The position numbers and the translations under genes were made by a program. The notes below the pieces were generated by a model. The model did not search any database and was not told the origin of the DNA. It saw only the letters and a program-made list of their open reading frames with translations. Below, piece after piece: positions 27,767 through 37,358 of a DNA stretch of 64,000 bases; position 1 is the first letter of the stretch, and the number at the start of each line of letters is the position of its first letter. The stretch comes from an uncultured Gammaproteobacteria bacterium (lineage in GTDB: Bacteria; Patescibacteriota; Microgenomatia; CAYGWK01). The DNA lies in assembly GCA_964353785.1 (NCBI GenBank), contig CAYGWK010000001.1, positions 26,982 through 90,981 of the forward strand, in the 5' to 3' direction.

Positions 27767-29082
27767 TGGTATTTTGATGTTTCTTTTTTGAACCATATAA
27801 GATAAAGACTATCAAATTTAACCTTTTGTTCCAAAAAATACCCACAAAAATAAGTTTTTTCTGGCTCTTCGCTTGAGATTACCATAATTTTTTCTTTATC
27901 AGGGAGAACATTTAGGATATCCTCTTTATCCATCAAGGCCGTGCCAGCATAAAAAGGAAGCGAGCCTTGAGGAACATAAATCGGGGCGGAAAGACCGTAG
28001 TACTTAGACTCAAAAAGATGGTGAGCCTTGCCGTTATAATTAATTAAACCAAAGTCTGGTTTTTTATTTTGCTTAACGTAAGTGGCCAACTCTTTAAATG
28101 GTCTTTTAATAGGATGGGTGAAATAGTGCCAGTCTATGATGATTAAAGAAAAGATAGCCAAGAAAATAAACAAAGTTTGTAGCTTCGCAATAAAAGTTAA
28201 GGAGGCGGCTCGCCTCCGGGAGACTAAAAGCAATACTTGCGGAGGAAGACAATAAAGCAGATAGCGATCATAAAAAATCGAAGATTTTATCTGCGAGATA
28301 AAAAAGGTTAAAACAATGGGAATAAAAGCCCAAGCTAGCAAAAATCTGTCTTTTTTCCATTCTCTCCAAGACCGCAAAAGAAAAAGAAAGACAAATGCCA
28401 GGAGAACTGCTAGTTGAAGAGGATGAATGTTTGCTCCTAAAAAGAAATTAGAAAATAAGTCTCCGATGGTTTTAAGATTTGGTTTGCCTAGCCAAAAACC
28501 ACTAGCAACTAAGGAAGTCTGATAATAGAGGGGATAAAGCCAGGGAAGATAGGCAAGACCGATAATAAAATATGGTTTTAAGAAAGAAAAAAGAGTTTGT
28601 TTTTTTAATTCTTTCAAAGACCAGAAAAACTGAACAAAAATGACAAAGATTGAGAAGTGATGGGTGTATAAGGCGGCGATGGTAGAAAGAATATAACCGC
28701 GTTGGTTTTTTCTAAGGTAGAAATACATTGAGGCAGTGGTAGTTAACAAAAGCAAAGAGTACATCCTACCTTCAAACCCATATTGAAAAAGAAAGGGATT
28801 TAAGAAGGTAAAAAGGGCAGCCAGAAGGGCGGTTTTTTTCTCCCAAAGACTTTTTCCTATTAAATAAACAAAGAAACAAGTGGTAAGAAAAAAGAGAAAA
28901 GAGAGAGTGCGGATTGAGACCTCACTGGTGCCAAAAATTTTCATCCAAGAATGGAGAAGAAGGTAATAGAGCGGTGGGGAGGTATCGCGGCTGACGATGG
29001 TTACAATTTGCCAAATTGGTTTAACAGCTAAAGTGGCGGCCCAAGCCTCGTCTCCCCAAAGACTGGCAGTAAATTGATTCAC
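27757..29082 (-). CDS. GT-C fold glycosyltransferase (GT39-like)
   Basis: LWGDE, PPLYY and EGRMY motifs. Confidence 0.85.
   Translation of the reverse strand: MNQFTASLWGDEAWAATLAVKPIWQIVTIVSRDTSPPLYYLLLHSWMKIFGTSEVSIRTLSFLFFLTTCFFVYLIGKSLWEKKTALLAALFTFLNPFLFQYGFEGRMYSLLLLTTTASMYFYLRKNQRGYILSTIAALYTHHFSIFVIFVQFFWSLKELKKQTLFSFLKPYFIIGLAYLPWLYPLYYQTSLVASGFWLGKPNLKTIGDLFSNFFLGANIHPLQLAVLLAFVFLFLLRSWREWKKDRFLLAWAFIPIVLTFFISQIKSSIFYDRYLLYCLPPQVLLLVSRRRAASLTFIAKLQTLFIFLAIFSLIIIDWHYFTHPIKRPFKELATYVKQNKKPDFGLINYNGKAHHLFESKYYGLSAPIYVPQGSLPFYAGTALMDKEDILNVLPDKEKIMVISSEEPEKTYFCGYFLEQKVKFDSLYLIWFKKETSKYQCG
28165..28194 (+). repeat. 24-bp element, copy 1 (in frame in GT-C)
   Basis: AATAAA-CAAAGTTTGTAGCTTCGC-AATAAA. 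Confidence 0.9.
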
Positions 29083-29090
29083 TGAACCTA

Positions 29091-30578
29091 TTATACTTTT
29101 TCGGTAACCCGATACTCAAGATATTTTCCCAGCATAAGTCGAGTATGAGTATCAAGTCCAGGTATAACCCCAAAGACAAAACCCGAGAGTGGCATGAGGA
29201 TAAATTCCAGAGGAATAAAGATTGCTCGTAATCTTGAAACAAACTGTGGCCTTGGTGGCCTTTGTTTTGAGTCGATTACCAAAATTATTAAAAGGAAAAC
29301 AAGACAGAGAGTCAAAATTAGACTGGAAATTTTAGGCAGGGTGTAGCCTATAACAGTCCGGGAGAAATCGGGAACAAAAAAGGTAGGAATCATAATTCCC
29401 AAGGTTATCCAAAACCAATTAACTGGCATTAAAATATGGTCTTCTAAAAGACGGATAAGCCTGATGGTTTTATCCCAAAAAGGAACCCCAGGGGTGAGAA
29501 AATAATTTTTGATAACATAGGGATCATCGGAGACTCCCCAAAACCAGCGCTGATACTGTCTATAGGTATTTAAGATTGTCCGCCAGAAAGAAGTTGATTC
29601 GGCCGCATCAGCATGTAAGGGAAGATATATTGGTTCGGCTGAAAGATTCCCTCGAAGCTTATAATAAGCCTTAAAAAAGATATGGTAGTCCTCGGGAATT
29701 ACGGTTGGATCCCAGTAACCAACTTTGTCTACAAGAGCAAAAGAGGCTGAATAATTTTGGCAATTTATCAAACGGTCAGTTCGGGAAAGGATTGCCCCAT
29801 TCCAGATAGTTGAGAAAGTGTTAACGACCCTGGTAAAAGCAGGCAGTTTCCAGAAATTGTTATAGAAAAAAACTGCCGGTTGCCAAAAAAGATTATAACG
29901 ACGAGGTGAGTCAAGAAAACGGAAAGCAAGATAAGAAAAATGTTTTGGGTGAAAGCAATGGTCAGCATCACAACTGGTCAAGGTCATGTAGTTTATGTTA
30001 TAGCCTCGCTTGTCAACCAGTTGTTTTTTTATCCAGCGGGCGGCATAGTTTTCATTTGAATGTTTGCCTACAGTTTCCCCAGAAGTAAGTTTATGGGAAG
30101 TGACAAAAAAATTAGCAATTTTTTTAACAAACGTTTTTTTTAGAATTTTTGCCTTTTTAGGGGCTTCTTCATCCCGAGCTTCGGTAGCCAAAACAACCGT
30201 AATTTGTTTTAAAGGAAAATCCTGCTTGGCGATTGAATCAAGCGCCCGCTTTAAGGTATGAAGAGGTTCTTTATAGGTAGTGATAATAATAACATGATGG
30301 ACCTTTTTCCAATCAGGAAAAATTTTGGTTTCACCAAGCCAATCCATTGCCTGGGAAGCTTTTATTCTAAAAAAGGAAATGATAGCCGTTAAAGCAAAAG
30401 TAATAGATTTATAAAACCAAAAAATATCAAAAAGGATAACCAGGTATGCCATATAAAGAGGGATGGCAAAGGAGCCGATAAAGTAAAATAAAATTGTACT
30501 CCAGGAAAGAGTTCCGGGCATAATTTCCAAAAGCCGGTGGATTTTTTTATCGTATTTTAGTAAAAGCTTTTTTAGCAT
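29091..30578 (-). CDS. Membrane GT2-family glycosyltransferase
   Basis: DAD, PED and QYQRW (QxxRW) motifs. Confidence 0.85.
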   Translation of the reverse strand: MLKKLLLKYDKKIHRLLEIMPGTLSWSTILFYFIGSFAIPLYMAYLVILFDIFWFYKSITFALTAIISFFRIKASQAMDWLGETKIFPDWKKVHHVIIITTYKEPLHTLKRALDSIAKQDFPLKQITVVLATEARDEEAPKKAKILKKTFVKKIANFFVTSHKLTSGETVGKHSNENYAARWIKKQLVDKRGYNINYMTLTSCDADHCFHPKHFSYLAFRFLDSPRRYNLFWQPAVFFYNNFWKLPAFTRVVNTFSTIWNGAILSRTDRLINCQNYSASFALVDKVGYWDPTVIPEDYHIFFKAYYKLRGNLSAEPIYLPLHADAAESTSFWRTILNTYRQYQRWFWGVSDDPYVIKNYFLTPGVPFWDKTIRLIRLLEDHILMPVNWFWITLGIMIPTFFVPDFSRTVIGYTLPKISSLILTLCLVFLLIILVIDSKQRPPRPQFVSRLRAIFIPLEFILMPLSGFVFGVIPGLDTHTRLMLGKYLEYRVTEKV

Positions 30579-31359
30579 TTTGGGTTGTGATTTGGCAGAT
30601 TTCTTCAAAACTTACACTTCTTAGATTAGCAAGAAATTCGGCGATTAGTTTAACATTTCTAGGTTGATTTCGCAAACCGCGAAGAGGTTCGGGAGATAAA
30701 AATGGGCAATCTGTCTCCAAAAGAATTTTTTCAATAGGGGTAATTTTGGCAATTTCTTGTAAATTTTTGGCATTTTTAAAAGTCAAATTTCCGCAAAAAC
30801 CAATATAAAATCCCATATTTAAAACCTGGTTTAGAAATTCCTTGTCACCAGAAAAACAATGAAAAACACCTCTTGCTTGGTTCAATGTATCGTTACATGA
30901 TACCAGTGTTTCCAAGACTTCTTGATGAGCATCGCGGCAGTGGATGATTACGGGAAGACCTAGTTCCTGGGCTAATTTAAGCTGGGCCTTGAATACCTCG
31001 ATTTGTTTTTCTTTCAAATCCGGAGTAATCTCTTTTCTGAACTTTCCCTGATCGACTGGATGAAAATCAAGCCCGCATTCGCCAATAGCGACCACCTTTG
31101 GTTTTTGGGCAAGTTCTTTCAGTGTTTCAGTGAACTTCTCTGTGTTTTCTATGTCCTGGGCGTCATGGGGATGAATTCCAACCGCCGCATAAATTTCTGG
31201 ATATTTTTGAGCCAGTTCTACTGATTTCTTACAAGCCTGAAGATGAGAGCCAACATTAATAATTCTCTCTATCCCAGCCTTTTTGGCTTGTTGAATTACC
31301 TCATCTCGGTCTTTATCAAATTCAGGAAAATCCAAATGAGCGTGAGTGTCAATTAACAT
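30547..31359 (-). CDS. tatD: TatD-family nuclease
   Basis: MLIDTHAHL, GIHPH, GECGLD, HCF and ETDCP motifs. Confidence 0.95.
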   Translation of the reverse strand: MLIDTHAHLDFPEFDKDRDEVIQQAKKAGIERIINVGSHLQACKKSVELAQKYPEIYAAVGIHPHDAQDIENTEKFTETLKELAQKPKVVAIGECGLDFHPVDQGKFRKEITPDLKEKQIEVFKAQLKLAQELGLPVIIHCRDAHQEVLETLVSCNDTLNQARGVFHCFSGDKEFLNQVLNMGFYIGFCGNLTFKNAKNLQEIAKITPIEKILLETDCPFLSPEPLRGLRNQPRNVKLIAEFLANLRSVSFEEICQITTQNAKKAFTKIR

Positions 31360-31360
31360 T

Positions 31361-31957
31361 TTATTTCTCCAAAACAAAAAAGGCGAAATGCCAACGAAAA
31401 GGAAAAGGGTCTCCACGACCAGAATACCATTTATGAGAATATTTAACTTTGAAGCCAAGCCTGGAGAAAATTTTTAGCCATTCATCAAAAGTTTTATTGT
31501 TGCGTGGATGAAGCACAGTATTAGCTAAAAATCCGTCAACGATGTTTATCAGAGAATCAAATAGGAAAGTGGAATATTTTTCCCAAGAATTTTTATAGAT
31601 GTCTTCAAAAACAAAGATGTATTTTTTGGTAACTCTTTTGGTTTCAAGGAGAAGTTTTTCTGGATTTTGAGAGTGATGTAAAACCGCGCGCAAGATTGCA
31701 CAATTAAAAGAATTGTCTTCAAAAGGAATTCTTCGCCCATCATAAACTGTTATTTTTACTCCTGAAATTGGGAATCTTGACTTTTTAGTATCGATGGCCG
31801 TAGTTTCAATTCGGCATTTCTTGTTAAGAAATTTGGTAATTTCACCTCTTCCTGCTCCTATGTCTAAAATCTCATCCTTTTTTGAAACAAAAGGAAAAAT
31901 TCGTTTTACCCAATAATGGGCGAACTCTAGGTTGTTTTTTCTTTGGTCGTCTCTCAT
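31361..31957 (-). CDS. Class I SAM-dependent methyltransferase
   Basis: ILDIGAGRG, PFEDNSF and VLHH motifs. Confidence 0.85.
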   Translation of the reverse strand: MRDDQRKNNLEFAHYWVKRIFPFVSKKDEILDIGAGRGEITKFLNKKCRIETTAIDTKKSRFPISGVKITVYDGRRIPFEDNSFNCAILRAVLHHSQNPEKLLLETKRVTKKYIFVFEDIYKNSWEKYSTFLFDSLINIVDGFLANTVLHPRNNKTFDEWLKIFSRLGFKVKYSHKWYSGRGDPFPFRWHFAFFVLEK

Positions 31958-31960
31958 TTA

Positions 31961-31990
31961 TTTATTGCAAGGCAACAAACTTTGTTTATT
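31961..31990 (-). repeat. 24-bp element, copy 2 (intergenic, overlapping a stop codon)
   Basis: Reverse complement AATAAA-CAAAGTTTGTTGCCTTGC-AATAAA. Confidence 0.9.
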
Positions 31991-32588
31991 TTTCCAATAA
32001 AAATAAACCCGGTTCCCACTTAAGAAAAAATTTTGAACCTTCTTTTATTTTAAATCCTTTAAATAGATGGTGCCACCAACTCGCGGTTTTTACTGTTATA
32101 TGAGTTGGGTCGTCAACCGGAGGTTGGAATAAAGTTTTAGTAAAGATTTTATGGAGAACAAATTTTTTTGAAACTCGCTGACATTCTTTAAGAACTAAAA
32201 CTAATTCAGATTCGAGAATATGCTCAAGCAGACCGATTGAGACAATTAGGTCAAATGAATCGTTTTTAAATGGAATTTTTTCCGTAGCGTCTACTAGTTT
32301 AAGATACTTTTTAACTTCTGGGTTAGCCTGCGATAAAGCATAAGGGCTGATATCTATACCCCAGGTATCAATTCCTAGCCGTCGCGTCCAATAAACAAAT
32401 CTTCCTGCTCCACAGCCAACTTCTAGTAGATTTTCAGGATGGAAGAAAACCTTAATTATTAAAGCCCGAAAAAATGGTTGCATCTTATAGAGCAGATTCC
32501 TGACTAAATTAACAAAAGGATTTCTTGAAAACCCTCTTTGACAGGTGACCCTTTCAAAGTAATCTTTATTGTAGGGGATTTTGTTCAA
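31986..32588 (-). CDS. Class I SAM-dependent methyltransferase
   Basis: LLEVGCGAG, GIDIS and LLEHI; TTG start just after the metG stop is inferred. Confidence 0.85.
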   Translation of the reverse strand: MNKIPYNKDYFERVTCQRGFSRNPFVNLVRNLLYKMQPFFRALIIKVFFHPENLLEVGCGAGRFVYWTRRLGIDTWGIDISPYALSQANPEVKKYLKLVDATEKIPFKNDSFDLIVSIGLLEHILESELVLVLKECQRVSKKFVLHKIFTKTLFQPPVDDPTHITVKTASWWHHLFKGFKIKEGSKFFLKWEPGLFLLEK

Positions 32589-32589
32589 G

Positions 32590-34020
32590 TTAGATTCTGG
32601 GAAAAAGAGGTGGGCCGGATTTAATTTTTGGTCCGGCAAATTGTTTTTGAATTTTTTCAGCGGTTTCGGGAAGGAAAGGTTTGAGTAGATAAGCAATCTC
32701 TCGTATTGTGCTAACTGCTTGTCCCTTAACAACTATTTCCCACAGGGCCTTTTTTCCTTCAGAAACAGATTCCCAGGGTCTTTTTCTGTCTATATATTCA
32801 TCTAGTCCAGAGATGGCGTGCCATAGCAATTCTAGGGCACCGCTAAAATTAAATTTTTCTAATTCATTGGCGACCTCATCAGACAGCGAAGTTTTTCGAA
32901 ATTCTTTTTCAAATTCTAGATTATAATTTTGTGCCAACCTAGCTATTCTGGCAACTAAATTACCCAAACCATTGGCCAAATCGGCATTGTAGACTTCTTT
33001 AAACCGCTGAATTGAAAAATCACCGTCTCTGTAGGCTGGGATTTCTCGTAAAAGATAATAGCGAATTGGGTCGGTGTCGTATTTTTTAACCAAACCAAAG
33101 GGGTCAATAACATTTCCTAGGGATTTGCTTATTTTTTGACCCTCAACCGTGACATAACCATGAATAAATTCTTGTTTGGGAATTGCTATTCCCGCACTTT
33201 TGAGTATGGCTGGCCAATAAATGGCGTGGAAGCGACTTATCCCTTTACCAATAACATGGACATTAGCTGGCCAGTATTTCTTAAATAACTTTTCATCGTT
33301 TCCATAGTCTAGGGCGGTAATATAATTTGCCAAGGCGTCAAACCAGACATAGATTATCTGTTCTGGATCATCAGGAACTGGAATTCCCCAACCATGGGCT
33401 CTTTTTACACTTCGAGAAATACTAAAATCCTGAAGCCCACGGCGAATAAATGATAAAACCTCATTTTTGCGAATTTCAGGGATAATTTTTAATTTATCAG
33501 TAGAAATTAAATCCTTAAGCCAGTCTTGGTATTTTGAAAGCCTAAAAAAATAATTTTGTTCCGAAACTTCTTCTGGTTTAGTTTGATGCTCCGGACATTT
33601 TCCCTCAACCAATTCATCCTCGTCATAAAAAACTTCACAACCAACACAATAAAGTCCTTTATATTTTTTCTTATAAATATCTTTTTGACACTTTTGCCAT
33701 AATTTTTGGACTCCGTCGATGTGACGCTTTTCGGTGGTTCGGATAAAATCATCGAAGGAAATATTTAAGATATTTTTGAATTCGTAAAATTTTTTAGAAT
33801 TCTCATCGCACAATTTTTTTACTGGAATTTTTAATTTTTCTGCTGCCTGAACGTTTTTGAGGCTATTTTCATCAGAACCAGACAAAAAATAAGTTTCATC
33901 ACCAATTAACCGGTGATATCTAGCAATAACATCAGTTTGGACAAACTCAAGCGCATGTCCAATATGAGGAGCGGCATTAACATAAGGAATAGCCGTGGTA
34001 ATGTAAAATTTCTTGTTCAT
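32590..34020 (-). CDS. metG: Methionine--tRNA ligase (short form)
   Basis: YVNAAPHIGH, YVWFDAL and KISKS motifs. Confidence 0.97.
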   Translation of the reverse strand: MNKKFYITTAIPYVNAAPHIGHALEFVQTDVIARYHRLIGDETYFLSGSDENSLKNVQAAEKLKIPVKKLCDENSKKFYEFKNILNISFDDFIRTTEKRHIDGVQKLWQKCQKDIYKKKYKGLYCVGCEVFYDEDELVEGKCPEHQTKPEEVSEQNYFFRLSKYQDWLKDLISTDKLKIIPEIRKNEVLSFIRRGLQDFSISRSVKRAHGWGIPVPDDPEQIIYVWFDALANYITALDYGNDEKLFKKYWPANVHVIGKGISRFHAIYWPAILKSAGIAIPKQEFIHGYVTVEGQKISKSLGNVIDPFGLVKKYDTDPIRYYLLREIPAYRDGDFSIQRFKEVYNADLANGLGNLVARIARLAQNYNLEFEKEFRKTSLSDEVANELEKFNFSGALELLWHAISGLDEYIDRKRPWESVSEGKKALWEIVVKGQAVSTIREIAYLLKPFLPETAEKIQKQFAGPKIKSGPPLFPRI

Positions 34021-34063
34021 AAGAGGAATTATACCTTAAAGCCAGGCTGGAGGCAAAAGGAGA

Positions 34064-34420
34064 TTACTTTTTCCTAAATAAACTTTCAATCTTTCCCGTC
34101 CATTTGGAAGCCCATTTTTCCGCTTCGATTTTCTTTAAGGCCAGGATATAACCTTTTGACTTTCTGGCTTTGTCAACCGAGGCAACAGTGGCTGAAGAAA
34201 CCTTTAGATTTTGTTTAATATTCTCATAGCTTCGGCCATGGGTAAGATAATAGGCAACCGCTAATCTTTTTGCCAAAGCAATTGTTTCGTTTTTTCCTAA
34301 AACATCTTCAAAAAAAAGGGCAACTTCTTGAGGATTTTTTAAATCAGCAATAAGTTGATAGAGAATTTGAAAAATCTCTTTTTGGAGGTTTTTATTAATT
34401 TGTCTTTTTGAGACCTGCAT
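34064..34420 (-). CDS. TrpR-like (YerC/YecD) HTH protein
   Basis: LAKRLAVA..SYENIKQNLKVSSATV. Confidence 0.8.
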   Translation of the reverse strand: MQVSKRQINKNLQKEIFQILYQLIADLKNPQEVALFFEDVLGKNETIALAKRLAVAYYLTHGRSYENIKQNLKVSSATVASVDKARKSKGYILALKKIEAEKWASKWTGKIESLFRKK

Positions 34421-34431
34421 GTAAAGAAAAA

Positions 34432-34455
34432 CCCACTTTAGGCAATTAAAGTGGG
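34432..34455. promoter_or_regulatory. Inverted repeat, candidate operator
   Basis: CCCACTTTA-N6-TAAAGTGGG, 11 nt upstream of the TrpR-like start. Confidence 0.55.
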
Positions 34456-34499
34456 CAGTTTGATACTTTAAATAATTAAACCACAAATCCCAGCGATTG

Positions 34500-34808
34500 T
34501 CAATGGCGAGAAAAAAATAATTCAAAAGAAAGAAAAATTCCTAACAGAAGAACTAGGTTTGAAATATTTAAAAGTTTAAACTGCTGAAGGATGGCTATGC
34601 TGATAGCACCTAGAGCCAATAAAAATCCTCTTCGGCTGTTGCCCAAGATTAAAGAAAAAGTAAGAAATAAGGAGATAAAAAGCAAGAAGTAAAAAGTAAA
34701 AAGTAAAAGATTGGATTCTGGGACAGTAAAAAGTAAGATATAAACCCAGCAAAGCCAGGAAAGGATGGTTAGAAGAAATGAAGGCAGAAAATTTTTCCTT
34801 CTCCTCAT
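34500..34808 (-). CDS. Small 4-TM membrane protein
   Basis: Hydrophobic 102-aa ORF. Confidence 0.65.
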   Translation of the reverse strand: MRRRKNFLPSFLLTILSWLCWVYILLFTVPESNLLLFTFYFLLFISLFLTFSLILGNSRRGFLLALGAISIAILQQFKLLNISNLVLLLGIFLSFELFFSRH

Positions 34809-34825
34809 GATATAATTATATCCAA

Positions 34826-35806
34826 ATGCCCAATGAAATCTACTTAATCGCCGCTTTAATTATTGCTGGTTTAGCCATTGTCTTTTTTCTTCTAAACAAA
34901 AGGCTTTCGGAAATCAAAGAAGCGACCAAACCTGACGAGACCTTAAAAGATTGGCTTAAAAGCCAACAAGACCAAAGTCTGTCAATGTCAAAAGCGATAA
35001 ATGAAAGGCTTGATAACGCTGCTCGGGTAATTGGTCAGGTCCAGCGGAATATTGGAGAGATGTCAGAAATTGGTCGGGGAATGAAAGACCTCCAGGAATT
35101 TTTGCGTTCCCCCAAACTTCGGGGAAATATCGGCGAGCAGGTTTTGAAAGAACTTTTAGGCCAAATGCTTCCCAAACAATCTTTTCATCTTCAATATACC
35201 TTTAAATCCGGAGTAACAGTTGATGCGGCTATCAAAACTGCCTCGGGAATTATTCCGGTTGACTCAAAATTTCCGATGGAGAACTTCCGAAAAATGTTGG
35301 CCGCCAAGACCGAGGAAGAGAAAAAGATTGTTGAAAAGGAATTTGTTAAAGATGTTAAAATCCACATTGATGATATTGCCTCAAAATATATTTTAACCGA
35401 AGAGGGGACAATTGATTATGCCTTAATGTATATTCCCGCAGAAGCAGTTTATTATGAAATTGTCAATAACGCCGACCTTTTTGATTATTCTGGGAAAAAG
35501 CGAGTTTTACCAGTTTCGCCAATGACCTTTTATGCTTATTTGCGGGCAATTTTGATGAGTTTTGAAGGGCAAAAAATAGAACAAAGAGCAAGACAAATTC
35601 TGGCCGCCATTAGAGCGGTTCAAAAAGACTATCAAAAAGTTGATGAAAATTTAGGCGTTTTAGGAAAACATATTCAAAATGCCTACAATCAAATGTCAAA
35701 TGTCATGGGCGGGTTTACTCTTTTGGGCCAAAAACTCTCCTCAACCCAAGCCCTAGGAACCGGAGTTAAAGAGGAAGAAAAACAACTGAAAATCGGCGAA
35801 GAATGA
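34826..35806 (+). CDS. rmuC: DNA recombination protein RmuC
   Basis: RGNIGE, VDSKFP, HIDDIASKYI and YIPAE motifs. Confidence 0.92.
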   Translation: MPNEIYLIAALIIAGLAIVFFLLNKRLSEIKEATKPDETLKDWLKSQQDQSLSMSKAINERLDNAARVIGQVQRNIGEMSEIGRGMKDLQEFLRSPKLRGNIGEQVLKELLGQMLPKQSFHLQYTFKSGVTVDAAIKTASGIIPVDSKFPMENFRKMLAAKTEEEKKIVEKEFVKDVKIHIDDIASKYILTEEGTIDYALMYIPAEAVYYEIVNNADLFDYSGKKRVLPVSPMTFYAYLRAILMSFEGQKIEQRARQILAAIRAVQKDYQKVDENLGVLGKHIQNAYNQMSNVMGGFTLLGQKLSSTQALGTGVKEEEKQLKIGEE

Positions 35807-36258
35807 AGGGATTTACTTTAATTGAGCTTCTGGTGGTTATCGCCTTACTGGCGGTATTAGCTGTGATAGTAATCGCGGCCATCAATCCAGTTGAGCAACT
35901 TAAAAAAGCTCAAGATGTCTCAAGAAAAATTTATGCCAACGAACTTGCGAGGGCGATTGAAAGATACCAAGCCCGCCTTGGGGAAAATCCAGTTATTAGC
36001 CCGACGGCTACCTCTATTACTTGCTCGGAAGTGACTGCTGGAGAGCCAATTTCTGATTTAACTGGGCTTGAGAGTGAACTTTCCTCTTGGTTTTCAGGCC
36101 GAGTTAATGAACCAGAAAACAGGCTTTATGTTGGACTATTACCCCATTCTGGTTTGACAAAAATTTGTTTTCAGGTTGAATCAGCCGGAAATATTGCTAG
36201 AGCAATTCAGGGAGGTTGCTTTCTTTCTTCAAAATTCTACCTTTGTGTTCCGGAATAA
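35803..36258 (+). CDS. Type IV pilin-like protein
   Basis: Class III signal KG/FTLIELLVVI. Confidence 0.9.
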   Translation: MKGFTLIELLVVIALLAVLAVIVIAAINPVEQLKKAQDVSRKIYANELARAIERYQARLGENPVISPTATSITCSEVTAGEPISDLTGLESELSSWFSGRVNEPENRLYVGLLPHSGLTKICFQVESAGNIARAIQGGCFLSSKFYLCVPE

Positions 36259-37313
36259 GTGCTTATCAGGAAAGCCAAATAAACCCAGTGAACTACTCCA
36301 ATTGGTTGGAAAAAAGAAAAAATCAAAAAACCAACCAAAGAAGAAAGAAGCCAACTTTTATCCCTGATTAATTTTTTAAAAGTTCCCCAAAACCAAACAG
36401 AGAAAATAATCAGTCCAATTAAGCCCGAGAATAAAGAAATATCAAGAAAGAGATTGTGGGAACGATCGACAACCACGCTTTCAAGAGGTCGATTAATCTG
36501 GCGAAATTGTTTATCATAGGCACTAATTATTCCTTCGGCACCATAGCCAAAGATTGGTTTTTCAAAAGCAGCCTTGATCCCCAAATTCCAGATTAACCAG
36601 CGATTTTCAAAAGGGGAGATGTTTTTCTCTTGCCAGACCCCAAAAATTCCCAAAGAAAGAATTATAATCAACCCCAAGATTGTCAAAAATTTTTTTCCAG
36701 AAAAATTTCTAGTTTTTAAATATCCATATATTAGTCCTTCGGCAAGCAATGCTCCAAATCCTGCTTTTGAGCCGGTGGCAATAATTGCAAAAATAGGCAA
36801 GAGAATTAAAAAACAGGGAAAAGAGTTAACAAAAATCGGCAATCCCATGACTAGAAAACCCGCCACCGCATTTGGTTCTCCAAAGGTGCCAATTGGTCTT
36901 CCAAAATTTGAAGCGAACCACTGACCTAGAACAATTAAAGATTCAATTAAGATTGCTATACTTATCCACCACCATATTTTTTTCAGATTTTTTGCTCCCT
37001 CTCTGGCGGAAAAAACTATCATCCAGATTCCCAGCATCAAGAAGAAAATTACTCCTTGATGACGATATCCATCGCCAATTAAACCAGGAAGAAACCTATT
37101 GTTTAAAACAGTACTCAAAAAAAGTAATCCAATCCACAAAAACCAAGTTCTGTTTTCAATTTTCCTAAACTCGCCTTTTGCCAAAAACCAAATTATTAAA
37201 AAGAAACTTAAAGCCAAAAAAAGAATAACTTTTGGAAGCTCAAATTTTAAGGGATTTGGCCAAAAAAATAGGGGTAAAAGTACCAGGATAAGTTTTGATA
37301 AAAAAGAAGGCAT
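36237..37313 (-). CDS. O-antigen ligase/oligosaccharyltransferase-like protein
   Basis: GTFGEPN, R..IW..KPIFGYG and RSHN motifs; adjacent to the pilin. Confidence 0.85.
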   Translation of the reverse strand: MPSFLSKLILVLLPLFFWPNPLKFELPKVILFLALSFFLIIWFLAKGEFRKIENRTWFLWIGLLFLSTVLNNRFLPGLIGDGYRHQGVIFFLMLGIWMIVFSAREGAKNLKKIWWWISIAILIESLIVLGQWFASNFGRPIGTFGEPNAVAGFLVMGLPIFVNSFPCFLILLPIFAIIATGSKAGFGALLAEGLIYGYLKTRNFSGKKFLTILGLIIILSLGIFGVWQEKNISPFENRWLIWNLGIKAAFEKPIFGYGAEGIISAYDKQFRQINRPLESVVVDRSHNLFLDISLFSGLIGLIIFSVWFWGTFKKLIRDKSWLLSSLVGFLIFSFFQPIGVVHWVYLAFLISTYSGTQR

Positions 37314-37358
37314 TATTTGACAACTATATAGTAGCAGATATATTCTTAAGATAAGAAA

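Noticed and set aside
31986-32732. 143-bp overlap of the methyltransferase ORF with metG
   Set aside because: A TTG at 32588 directly after the metG stop removes the overlap; similar upstream extensions (tatD, TrpR-like, UbiA, hrcA) were also trimmed.
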